Below are positions 32,396-40,314 of a stretch of 64,000 bases of DNA, piece by piece. The position numbers and the translations under genes are program-made. A model generated the notes under the pieces. The model did no database searches. It worked only from the letters and a program-made list of their open reading frames with translations, and had not been told where the DNA came from. Position 1 is the first letter of the stretch. Every line of letters begins with the position of its first letter. This stretch comes from Thermotoga profunda AZM34c06 (GTDB lineage Bacteria; Thermotogota; Thermotogae; Thermotogales; DSM-5069). The stretch covers positions 575,413 through 639,412 of the forward strand of contig NZ_AP014510.1 of the NCBI RefSeq assembly GCF_000828675.1, given 5' to 3'.

Positions 32396-32396
32396 G

Positions 32397-32738
32397 TCAC
32401 TCACCATCCTTGAGAGAACCAACTGTCGGTTCTTCATCGCCTATCTCTTTGATGATATCTTCAACTTCCTTAGCTCCTTGCGCCATGAATTGCGCTTCGT
32501 CTTTCGTGAGTATTTCCAAAAGCTTTGTGAATTCTCCGATGTGAACTCTTTCTTCATTTGCGATCTCGGTGAGTACCTTTTTTGCCAATGGATGATCTGT
32601 TGCATCGGCATGAGATAAATATTGATGAACGGCCTCGTGTTCCGCGGCAATGTTAAGTCTAATAGCCCTGATTAATTCTGTAAGAGTCAACTTTCTCTCG
32701 GGGACTTTGCCACTGAATGGATTAACAAATTCTGGCAT
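32397..32738 (-). CDS. encapsulated ferritin-like protein (EncFtn/Flp) cargo
   Basis: 113 aa. Ferritin-like ExxH motifs (AAEHEAVHQY, NEERVHIGEF). C-terminal GSLK-containing tail fits a family-1 cargo-loading peptide. AGGAGGTG RBS 6 nt before ATG 32738. Translationally coupled to the shell gene. Confidence 0.8.
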   Translation of the reverse strand: MPEFVNPFSGKVPERKLTLTELIRAIRLNIAAEHEAVHQYLSHADATDHPLAKKVLTEIANEERVHIGEFTKLLEILTKDEAQFMAQGAKEVEDIIKEIGDEEPTVGSLKDGE

Positions 32739-32757
32739 ATTTCCACCTCCTAACATT

Positions 32758-32766
32758 ATTTTATCA
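32758..32766 (-). promoter_or_regulatory. candidate extended -10 (TGATAAAAT) promoter element for the flp-encapsulin operon
   Basis: TGnTAAAAT lies 20 nt upstream of the flp ATG, immediately followed by the SD. The -35 is weak. Inference only. Confidence 0.3.
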
Positions 32767-32799
32767 CCAAAACATTGATATCAGGTCTCTGTTTGCTTA

Positions 32800-33603
32800 C
32801 TATTTTTCTTTTAGTATGAATTCAACATTTTTATGCCAAGTGAAAAGTGGGTCAGTGGAAGGAAGAAATTTTCTTTTTTCGTTGCTCACCACCCAGATGT
32901 AATACACTAATGTTCCCGGGGCAGCTACTACTGGATGGTAACCTGTCTTGGTTATAACTGTGTCACCATCTCTTATTACATATGATTCATCGATATTTTT
33001 ATTATAAATCCTTTGTAAAGCAAAGCTGTAGGTTGGTTCTATTCTAAAATGATATAGCTCATCGGCTTTTAGTTCATTTGGAAAATCGTCTATATCGTGT
33101 TTATGAGGTGGCCAACTTGACCAACATCCAGGAAGATTAATCGTCTCACCCACTATTAACCTTTGAGCGGGAACTGAGCTATCAACGACATCTCTCACTA
33201 ACCTTTTCCAGTTTGATTCACCAACGTATTTATTCTTGACTTTTTCAGCAGGTATAAAGTATTCACTTCCAGAATCTATACAAAATGCCTTTGCTACAGC
33301 TATTTCCGAATCGGTTACAGCCTTTATGAGTAAATCAAGGTTTTTGGGTACATAGAGAGCGCTTGGACTGTCGACAAAGACATCTCTTCTGAGATTGGTT
33401 GTGTATTCTTTGCCGTTGACCTTGAAGATCACCTGTCCTTTTATCAATATAAAAACACTCTCTTTTTCTTCTTCCTTGTACATAAAATCCTGCGATTGCT
33501 TCAATAACAACAGGCCGAAGGTTAGGTTATCAAAGATTTCTGTTGAGACAATTTGCTTGTATCCTGTTTCGATGAAAGGTTTTCCGATTATCGTATGATT
33601 CAC
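32800..33603 (-). CDS. kduI: KduI/IolB-family cupin isomerase (5-keto-4-deoxyuronate isomerase-like), paralog 1
   Basis: WSSWPPHKHD...DDFPNE and GYHPVVAAPG motifs of the KduI/IolB family. 267 aa. Confidence 0.7.
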   Translation of the reverse strand: MNHTIIGKPFIETGYKQIVSTEIFDNLTFGLLLLKQSQDFMYKEEEKESVFILIKGQVIFKVNGKEYTTNLRRDVFVDSPSALYVPKNLDLLIKAVTDSEIAVAKAFCIDSGSEYFIPAEKVKNKYVGESNWKRLVRDVVDSSVPAQRLIVGETINLPGCWSSWPPHKHDIDDFPNELKADELYHFRIEPTYSFALQRIYNKNIDESYVIRDGDTVITKTGYHPVVAAPGTLVYYIWVVSNEKRKFLPSTDPLFTWHKNVEFILKEK

Positions 33604-34995
33604 CTACCTTAAAAATCTTGATCCAAGGAACATGGTGAACCATGGTACGTAAGTGACGAGTAGCAAAACGATAATCATCGCTATGTAAAATGGTACGGAA
33701 GCCCTCGTCACCTTTTCGATACTGCATTTACCAATGGCGCAACCGACAAACAGTGTGGTACCAACCGGTGGTGTGCACAAACCAATACCCAAATTGATCA
33801 TCATTATGATGCCAAATTGAATTGGTGACCAACCCAATGAGATAACAATTGGTAAAAAGATTGGAGTTGTTATCAAGATGAGCGGAGCCATATCCATGAT
33901 CATTCCAAGAAACAATAGAATTAGGTTAATCATTAGCATTAAAAGATACTTGTTTGTTGTTACAGATAGCAAACCTCCCGCAACCAGGGCTGGAATCTTA
34001 AGATAAGCGAGTAAGTATCCAAAAGCAGACGAACTTGCAATCACAAACATTACCATCGCAACAATGATAGTTGTGTTTTTAAAAGTCTCCAAGATTTTTT
34101 TGAGATTCATAGTTTTGTACACGAATGTGGTGATTATCAGAGCATAAACTGCCGCTATGACTGATGCTTCTGTTGCTGTGAAAACACCAAATGCTATACC
34201 AAATATGATTATAAGGGCAACAAACAAACCGAGTATGGAATCTCTTGTTATTATCAATGCCTCTTTGAATCCAACCTTACCAGCTTTTGGATAATTTCTC
34301 TTCTTTGAAATGAAATAAGCCACTATCATCTGTGATATTCCAACCATTATACCAGGTATATATCCTGCCATGAACAAAGCACCCACCGATACCCCACCGG
34401 CGGCAAGTGAGTAAATGATCATGTTATGACTCGGAGGTATGATGATACCTTGCGTTGAAGATGTAATCGTCACAGCAACAGAAAAGTCTCTGTCATATCC
34501 TTGATCAACCATCATTGGTATCAAAAATGCACCAATTGAAGAAGTATCAGCAACAGAAGAACCACTCACTCCACCAAAAAACATACTCGCAAGAATGTTT
34601 ACCATGGCAAGTCCGCCACGAACACGACCAATCAATATATTCGAAAATTCCACAATTTTTCTTGCTATCCCACCGTCAGCCATTATCTGTCCTGCCAAAA
34701 TAAAAAAGGGAATTGCGATCAGAGAAAAGGCATTTATTCCGGCACTCATTCTTTGAAACACAACCATTGCAGGCAATTTGAGATAAATTATTGTCAAAAG
34801 CGACGAAATACTCAAACAAAATGCTATTGGCGTGCCCAAAAATAACATCAATGCAAAAGAGGCAAATAAGATTGTAATTGCTGAATTGTCTCGTGAGATA
34901 TGAGAGACAATCGGTAATTTGAGGAAAAACACTAAAATCAAACCAACCAAGAATATAGCTATCCCACCTGTGATCAATCTCAAAGTATTTTTCAT
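33604..34995 (-). CDS. dctM: TRAP transporter large permease DctM
   Basis: Typical DctM multi-TM body. Start moved to ATG 34995 (MKNTLRLITGG), 1 nt after the dctQ stop. The 32-aa N-terminal extension in the ORF track overlaps dctQ. Confidence 0.8.
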   Translation of the reverse strand: MKNTLRLITGGIAIFLVGLILVFFLKLPIVSHISRDNSAITILFASFALMLFLGTPIAFCLSISSLLTIIYLKLPAMVVFQRMSAGINAFSLIAIPFFILAGQIMADGGIARKIVEFSNILIGRVRGGLAMVNILASMFFGGVSGSSVADTSSIGAFLIPMMVDQGYDRDFSVAVTITSSTQGIIIPPSHNMIIYSLAAGGVSVGALFMAGYIPGIMVGISQMIVAYFISKKRNYPKAGKVGFKEALIITRDSILGLFVALIIIFGIAFGVFTATEASVIAAVYALIITTFVYKTMNLKKILETFKNTTIIVAMVMFVIASSSAFGYLLAYLKIPALVAGGLLSVTTNKYLLMLMINLILLFLGMIMDMAPLILITTPIFLPIVISLGWSPIQFGIIMMINLGIGLCTPPVGTTLFVGCAIGKCSIEKVTRASVPFYIAMIIVLLLVTYVPWFTMFLGSRFLR

Positions 34996-35474
34996 CGTTT
35001 TTCTCCCCCAAAGATATCGATAATTATTCTTATGATCACACTGAAAACGACCAGTATCCCACATATCGCTGCCGGTAGATACATCCACCACACTGGTATT
35101 CCGGTAGCTGCCATTCTATTAGGCAATCTCTTGACGAGTAAAAAAGTGTAATAGGACATTCCTACACCAAAAGATGCTATGAGTAAAAGGATGCAAGTGT
35201 CAATGATTTTACAAATTAATTTGGGGAAAATGTTGATAAAAACTTCAACTCTGACATGAATACCCGTTCTAACGCCAACACCTGCACCAAGCATTGAAAT
35301 CCATATCAATGTTATCAAGGCGATTTCCTCGGTCCACATAGGAGGCTTGTTGAAAACATATCTCGCAATCACCTGGTAAAAGACAATGCCCGTCGTGAAA
35401 AAAAGAGCAATCGCTGAAAACCATAGAACAGTTTTATTGATCAAATCGAAAATTTTGTTGAGTACTTTTCTCAT
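34992..35474 (-). CDS. dctQ: TRAP transporter small permease DctQ
   Basis: 160 aa, four TM segments, directly between dctP and dctM. Confidence 0.8.
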   Translation of the reverse strand: MRKVLNKIFDLINKTVLWFSAIALFFTTGIVFYQVIARYVFNKPPMWTEEIALITLIWISMLGAGVGVRTGIHVRVEVFINIFPKLICKIIDTCILLLIASFGVGMSYYTFLLVKRLPNRMAATGIPVWWMYLPAAICGILVVFSVIIRIIIDIFGGEKR

Positions 35475-35517
35475 TTAATTCACCTCAACTATGGGCGCCC
35501 GAAGGCGCCCATCTTTT

Positions 35518-36480
35518 TCATTTAGTTGCCTGGATTTTTTGGATCAATTCTTTGTATTGTGGATATTTATCATACATCGACTGAACGGCTTTTTGGAATG
35601 CGGAAACATCGGGAACAAAGACCTGTGCTCCTGCCTTCTTAACTGCTTCGAGAGCCGATTCTTCCCATTGATTCCACAGGAGTCTCTCATATTGTACAGA
35701 AGCAATTGCGGCTGTTTTGAAGATGAGTTTTTCCTCGGCTGTGAGTTTATCCCAGAAGGCTTTATTGATGAGCACTATCTCGGGTATTCTCGTGTGACCA
35801 TCTAAACAATAATATGGAGCGACTTCAAAGTGCCTGAATTCATAGTATGAAGGTGGATTATTTTCAGCACCGTCGACAATTCCAGTTTGGATAGCCGTGT
35901 ATATCTCTTCTGGTCCCATCGGTACACCGGTGGCACCAAGCGCACCCATTAGAGCGATCATTATGGCATTTTGCTGGACTCTTATTTTCATTCCTTTTAG
36001 ATCTTCAGGTTTTTGAACAGGTTTTTTCGTGTAAAAGCTTCTTGCACCTGCGTCGTAATAGCACAATCCTATCAATCCTATTTTCTCCATGTCTTTCAGG
36101 AGCTGTTCGCCTACTGGCCCTTCCAAAACTTTCCAATAATGTTCTGCATCTCTAAAAAGGTAAGGCATGGCATATACACCAATTGGGTCGTAGAATGGCT
36201 GTAATGGAGCGACAGACACTCTCGCAATATGAATTGCTCCCATGATGGTTTGTTCGATGACCTCTTTCTCTGAACCAAGCTGTCCGCCTACATATACTTC
36301 GATCTTGTACTTTCCATTAGTCATCAGTTCAATAGTCTTACCCATCATTTTAATTGCTTCAACTGTTGGATACCCCTCGTTGTGTACGTCAGATGCCTTT
36401 AAGACAATAGGTGCACAGAAAGTCACCAGAACAAAAGATACCAAGATTGCAAAAACGAAAAACTTTCTCACCTCTAACAC
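35518..36480 (-). CDS. dctP: TRAP transporter substrate-binding protein DctP
   Basis: Signal peptide plus a DctP-family periplasmic binding domain. 320 aa. Confidence 0.8.
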   Translation of the reverse strand: MLEVRKFFVFAILVSFVLVTFCAPIVLKASDVHNEGYPTVEAIKMMGKTIELMTNGKYKIEVYVGGQLGSEKEVIEQTIMGAIHIARVSVAPLQPFYDPIGVYAMPYLFRDAEHYWKVLEGPVGEQLLKDMEKIGLIGLCYYDAGARSFYTKKPVQKPEDLKGMKIRVQQNAIMIALMGALGATGVPMGPEEIYTAIQTGIVDGAENNPPSYYEFRHFEVAPYYCLDGHTRIPEIVLINKAFWDKLTAEEKLIFKTAAIASVQYERLLWNQWEESALEAVKKAGAQVFVPDVSAFQKAVQSMYDKYPQYKELIQKIQATK

Positions 36481-36544
36481 CTCCCTTGAGTGGTGGTTTT
36501 TCCAAAAGACTTTTTTGAATTGATTTAATTTCTCACCCCCTCAC

Positions 36545-37294
36545 TTAGCGGTGATTACACCCCAATTTTTTTGATATTTTCTCGGCACACTCAACAACCT
36601 TTTTTGAAAAATTCTCGATGGTATCGTCCAATAATACCGACACCGCACCAGATATGCTGACAGCGGCTATAGGGTAACATTCATGGTTCAATATGGCAGC
36701 TCCTATACACCTTATACCGATTTCACTTTCTTCGTCATCTATTGCATATCCACTCTGCCTGATTTTGCTGATTTCTTTGCGAAGTTGTTCGGCATCTGTT
36801 ATTGTCTTCTCGGTTCTTTTTGTTAGTTTTACTGTTCTTAAGTATTCTTCGAATTCTTTATCGGGTAAATAAGCCAAAATTGCTTTGCCAGCCGAAGTGG
36901 AATAGAACGGTGCACGCATACCAATCTTTGAAACCATGGGGATGCTGTTAATTCCTTCGACTTTATCGAGATAAACCCCCTCAAATCCATCTTTGATTAT
37001 CAAATGAACTGTCTGACCAGTTTTTGCCATCAAATCCACCAGATCTTTGTGTGCGATATCTCTGATATCGAATTTTCTGAGGATGATTGAGCTGTATTCC
37101 AGTAATTTGAATCCAGGATAATACATCTTGTCATTGTGTCTTGTGAGATAACCGCATTCTGTAAAAACAGCTAAATATTTACATGCATTGGAAATACTCA
37201 TGGAAAATTTCTTAGATATCTCACTTGCAGTTACACCATTTGGAGCTTTTACAATATAATCGAGTATTTCTAAACCTCTTTTGAGTGTGTGCAA
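36545..37294 (-). CDS. IclR-family transcriptional regulator (KdgR-like)
   Basis: N-terminal wHTH (LEILDYIV...GVTASEISKKFSMS) and a C-terminal IclR effector domain. 249 aa. Sits inside the uronate cluster. Confidence 0.75.
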   Translation of the reverse strand: MHTLKRGLEILDYIVKAPNGVTASEISKKFSMSISNACKYLAVFTECGYLTRHNDKMYYPGFKLLEYSSIILRKFDIRDIAHKDLVDLMAKTGQTVHLIIKDGFEGVYLDKVEGINSIPMVSKIGMRAPFYSTSAGKAILAYLPDKEFEEYLRTVKLTKRTEKTITDAEQLRKEISKIRQSGYAIDDEESEIGIRCIGAAILNHECYPIAAVSISGAVSVLLDDTIENFSKKVVECAEKISKKLGCNHR

Positions 37295-37297
37295 GGT

Positions 37298-37636
37298 CTA
37301 ATCTCCCTTCTTCAGAAAATCCTCTCTGATCGGTGTGAAAACATCGACGAGGATACCGTCGGTTATTGCTTCTACCCAATGTGGTACATTTGGCGGAATA
37401 TAGATACTATGTCCTTGTTTCACTTCGTATCGCTTATCATCAATGATGTATGTGAAATCACCCTTGACAACATAAGATAACTGTTCGTGTTTGTGTGAAT
37501 GTGGATCACTTGCTGTACCTTTTTTGAAAAAGACCTGGGTCATCATCAGAGATCCACCCCAAGCTAAAACACACATTTCAATTCCTTCCTTGACCTTTCT
37601 TTTTTGCACCTCGTTGACATTGACGATATTCTTCAT
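37298..37636 (-). CDS. cupin-2 domain protein
   Basis: 112 aa single cupin with metal-binding His residues (PHSHKHEQ...H). Confidence 0.6.
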   Translation of the reverse strand: MKNIVNVNEVQKRKVKEGIEMCVLAWGGSLMMTQVFFKKGTASDPHSHKHEQLSYVVKGDFTYIIDDKRYEVKQGHSIYIPPNVPHWVEAITDGILVDVFTPIREDFLKKGD

Positions 37637-38409
37637 CTACACAACCACCCTCCATCTACAGGAATCACTGCACCAGTGATGTAATCAGATGCCGAACTTG
37701 CTAAGAAGACAACCACTCCCTTCAAATCCTGTGGGTCACCCCACCTTCCCATGGGAATCCTTGAAAGAATCTCTTTGTTTCTGTTTTCATCCATTCTCAA
37801 GGGTTCGGTATTCTTTGTCGCCATATACCCTGGCGCTATGGCATTCACATTTATCCCATATGGTGCCAATTCATTTGCAAAGATTCTTGTCAATCCTACA
37901 ATTCCATGTTTTGAAACTGTGTATGCCGTTGTGAAGATACCACCTTGAAATGACAACATCGAGGCGATGTTGATTATCTTTCCCTTTACCTTTCTCTCTA
38001 TCACATGCTGGGCAAATTTTTGCGATAGCAAGAAAACCGATTTAAGGTTTACAGTCATTACTTCGTCCCAATCTTTTTCGCTGTATTGTGTTACAGGTGC
38101 TCTGCGAATTATCCCGGCATTGTTGATCAGAATATCGACTTTGCCAAATTTCTCGATTGACTTTTCAATAACTGAATGAGTCTTGGTTGAATCTCTTAAA
38201 TCTATTGTTAATTCTAAATATTCTCTACCGAGTTTCTCTATGATTTTTTTGGTCTCTATCTGATCAGAAGAGCTACTCACACCGATTATGTTTGCACCTG
38301 CTTCGGCTAATGCAATAGCCATAGCCTGACCAAGTCCACGTGAGGCTCCAGTTACTATAGCGACCTTTCCTGACAAAGAAAAACTCTCCAGGACACTCAT
38401 TTTTGCCAC
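37633..38409 (-). CDS. kduD: 2-dehydro-3-deoxy-D-gluconate 5-dehydrogenase (SDR)
   Basis: Collinear with E. coli KduD as recalled: GKVAIVTGASRGLGQAMAIALAEAGANIIGV, KIINIASMLSFQGG, NVNAIAPGYMATKNT, FLASSASDYITG...VDGGWL. Confidence 0.85.
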   Translation of the reverse strand: MAKMSVLESFSLSGKVAIVTGASRGLGQAMAIALAEAGANIIGVSSSSDQIETKKIIEKLGREYLELTIDLRDSTKTHSVIEKSIEKFGKVDILINNAGIIRRAPVTQYSEKDWDEVMTVNLKSVFLLSQKFAQHVIERKVKGKIINIASMLSFQGGIFTTAYTVSKHGIVGLTRIFANELAPYGINVNAIAPGYMATKNTEPLRMDENRNKEILSRIPMGRWGDPQDLKGVVVFLASSASDYITGAVIPVDGGWLCR

Positions 38410-38412
38410 CTC

Positions 38413-39255
38413 TCAAACCGAAAGATTGTTCTCTATATTTCTGATCATGTTAGTAGCCAGGTCTACAAACCTCAGATCTGGATCGACGTATGGTGCTTGG
38501 ACTCTCTTTGGACCAGCCAAGAACCACAAATAATACACGGTGAAACCAGGCGCAGCAACAACTGTGTGATACCCTTTTGGCATTAAGTGGAGTGTGTTGT
38601 CTTCTACTACATAGCAAGCGTTCATATCTCTTGAATCGGTGTAATGTCTCGCGAGTCCAAAGCCTTTTGGATGATCAGTTTTGTAAAAATAAATTTCTTC
38701 CAAGTAGCTTTCCTCTGGAAGGTTATCGTTTTCATGCCTATGTGGTGGGTACGTTGACCAGTTCCCAGATGGGGTGAAAGTTTCGCCTATCATCAATTTC
38801 ACCGCCGGATGAGTTTGATCGACGGCTATTTGGTGATATACCCTTGAATAGTTAGAAATGCCCCATTTTCCTGAAGCAACCTCTTCTGGTTTTATCAAAT
38901 ATGGTTCTATTAAGCACTCCTCATCGACTTTTGCTTTTGCCAATGCAACTTCTACACCCTCTTGTTGATTTGTTCGAATGGTGAAAGAAGATTTCGGTGG
39001 TATGTAAACTGAAAAAGGTTTGCCTTGAAATACATTTTTCCTTCCACCTATGTTTTTGAATTCTCTGTCTTTGACAGAAACATCACATCTTCCAGAAAGA
39101 ATGACTAAGAAGATCTCGAAATCTTTGCTTTCCGAGCTGTATTCTTGTGAAGAAGATAATAAAATTCTTTCAAAGCCAAGGTAACGCATTCCATTCTCAT
39201 TCGGTTCACACTTGAATATTTTTTCCTGTTTTGGAAGATGTAAGAAGTACTGCAT
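38413..39255 (-). CDS. kduI: KduI/IolB-family cupin isomerase, paralog 2
   Basis: WSTYPPHRHEND.LPEE.YLEEIYFY and GYHTVVAAPG. Start set at ATG 39255 (MQYFLH), which has a GGGGTGAT RBS. The ORF-track start at 39342 has none. Confidence 0.7.
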   Translation of the reverse strand: MQYFLHLPKQEKIFKCEPNENGMRYLGFERILLSSSQEYSSESKDFEIFLVILSGRCDVSVKDREFKNIGGRKNVFQGKPFSVYIPPKSSFTIRTNQQEGVEVALAKAKVDEECLIEPYLIKPEEVASGKWGISNYSRVYHQIAVDQTHPAVKLMIGETFTPSGNWSTYPPHRHENDNLPEESYLEEIYFYKTDHPKGFGLARHYTDSRDMNACYVVEDNTLHLMPKGYHTVVAAPGFTVYYLWFLAGPKRVQAPYVDPDLRFVDLATNMIRNIENNLSV

Positions 39256-39309
39256 GTTGATCACCCCGCTTTTATTTTGTGAAAGTAGCTTTCTTTTTAT
39301 GACACTACA

Positions 39310-39331
39310 GATAGTGTAATGATTTCTTATC
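39310..39331. promoter_or_regulatory. candidate Fur-box-like imperfect palindrome in the kduI2 / mbfA-like divergent region
   Basis: GATAGTGTAATGATTTCTTATC is dyad-symmetric at GATA...TATC and AATGATT/AATCATT. It resembles the GATAATGATAATCATTATC ferric-uptake-regulator consensus. It lies about 145 nt upstream of the ferritin-VIT gene. Confidence 0.25.
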
Positions 39332-39477
39332 GTCAATGTCAAATTCGGAAAAATTCGATGAACGTTGAAAATACGCCGAAAGATCTCGTATGTTGGATTT
39401 TATTAGGAAAAATCTTTTTAGATCTCTTGTTTGCTCTCTTTTTCTAAGATATACTATTGTAAAAAGGAGGAAAGAAT

Positions 39478-40314
39478 GTGCTAACTGAATTTCAAAGAAA
39501 TGAAATCACCGAACACGTTGTTTATAAAATACTTGCCAAGCATGATAAATCTGAGAATTCAAAGATCTTAAGCAGGATATCTCAAGAAGAGCTCTCACAC
39601 TACGAAAGGATTCGTTCATTGACTAAGGTTGATGTGAAGCCAAATTGGTTCAAGGTCTTTTGGTATGTTGTCCTTGCAAGAATTCTTGGGTTGACTTTCG
39701 CATTGAAATTAATGGAAAGAGGAGAGGAAAAAGCCCAAAAGAATTATTCATCGGCTCAAGAAAATCTGTTTAGAGAATTAATCAGCGATGAAAAGGATCA
39801 TGAAGAGGAGTTACTTAAATTGATAGACGAAGAGAAACTCGATTATATAGGCTCGATGGTCCTTGGATTGAACGACGCGCTTGTTGAACTGACCGGAGCA
39901 CTTGCTGGTTTGACTTTGGCGATACAAAAGACATCGATCGTAGCTCTTTCTGGAATAATCACTGGTATAGCAGCTGCCCTTTCTATGGCTGCATCTGATT
40001 ATCTGTCCAGAAAATCAGAAGGTGGCGAGAAAAAACCACTCAAATCTGCTTTATATACGGGAGTTGCCTATATATTCACCGTTTTATTTTTAACATTTCC
40101 TTATCTTTTGTTCAATAATCCATTCGTTGCGCTATCTTTGACGGTTATAAATGCGATCTTTGTGATTTTCATCTTTACCTTTTTTGTGTCTGTTGTGAAA
40201 GACCAGAGTTTTAGGAGAAATTTCTTGGAAATGTTTTCAATAAGTATAGGGGTGGCGGCAGTTTCATTTTTCATAGGTCTTTTTGTCAGAAAGTTCTTTA
40301 ACATCGATATTTGA
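39478..40314 (+). CDS. membrane-bound ferritin-like/VIT1 fusion protein (MbfA/CCC1-like Fe/Mn transporter)
   Basis: N-terminal erythrin/ferritin-like domain with ExxH (ITEHVVY, QEELSHYERI). C-terminal VIT1 domain (GSMVLGLNDALVELTGALAG, multiple TM). GTG start 8 nt after AGGAGG. Confidence 0.75.
   Translation: MLTEFQRNEITEHVVYKILAKHDKSENSKILSRISQEELSHYERIRSLTKVDVKPNWFKVFWYVVLARILGLTFALKLMERGEEKAQKNYSSAQENLFRELISDEKDHEEELLKLIDEEKLDYIGSMVLGLNDALVELTGALAGLTLAIQKTSIVALSGIITGIAAALSMAASDYLSRKSEGGEKKPLKSALYTGVAYIFTVLFLTFPYLLFNNPFVALSLTVINAIFVIFIFTFFVSVVKDQSFRRNFLEMFSISIGVAAVSFFIGLFVRKFFNIDI

Noticed and set aside
32738-32800. Fur/PerR-like half-site TGATAAAATAATG overlapping the flp -10 region.
   Set aside because: The second half-site does not match an inverted repeat (TAATGTT vs ATTATCA). 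It is more simply the AT-rich -10 element.
34996-35091. 32-aa N-terminal extension of the DctM ORF (MVDVSTGSDMWDTGRFQ…).
   Set aside because: It overlaps the dctQ coding region in another frame. A canonical ATG sits immediately after the dctQ stop.
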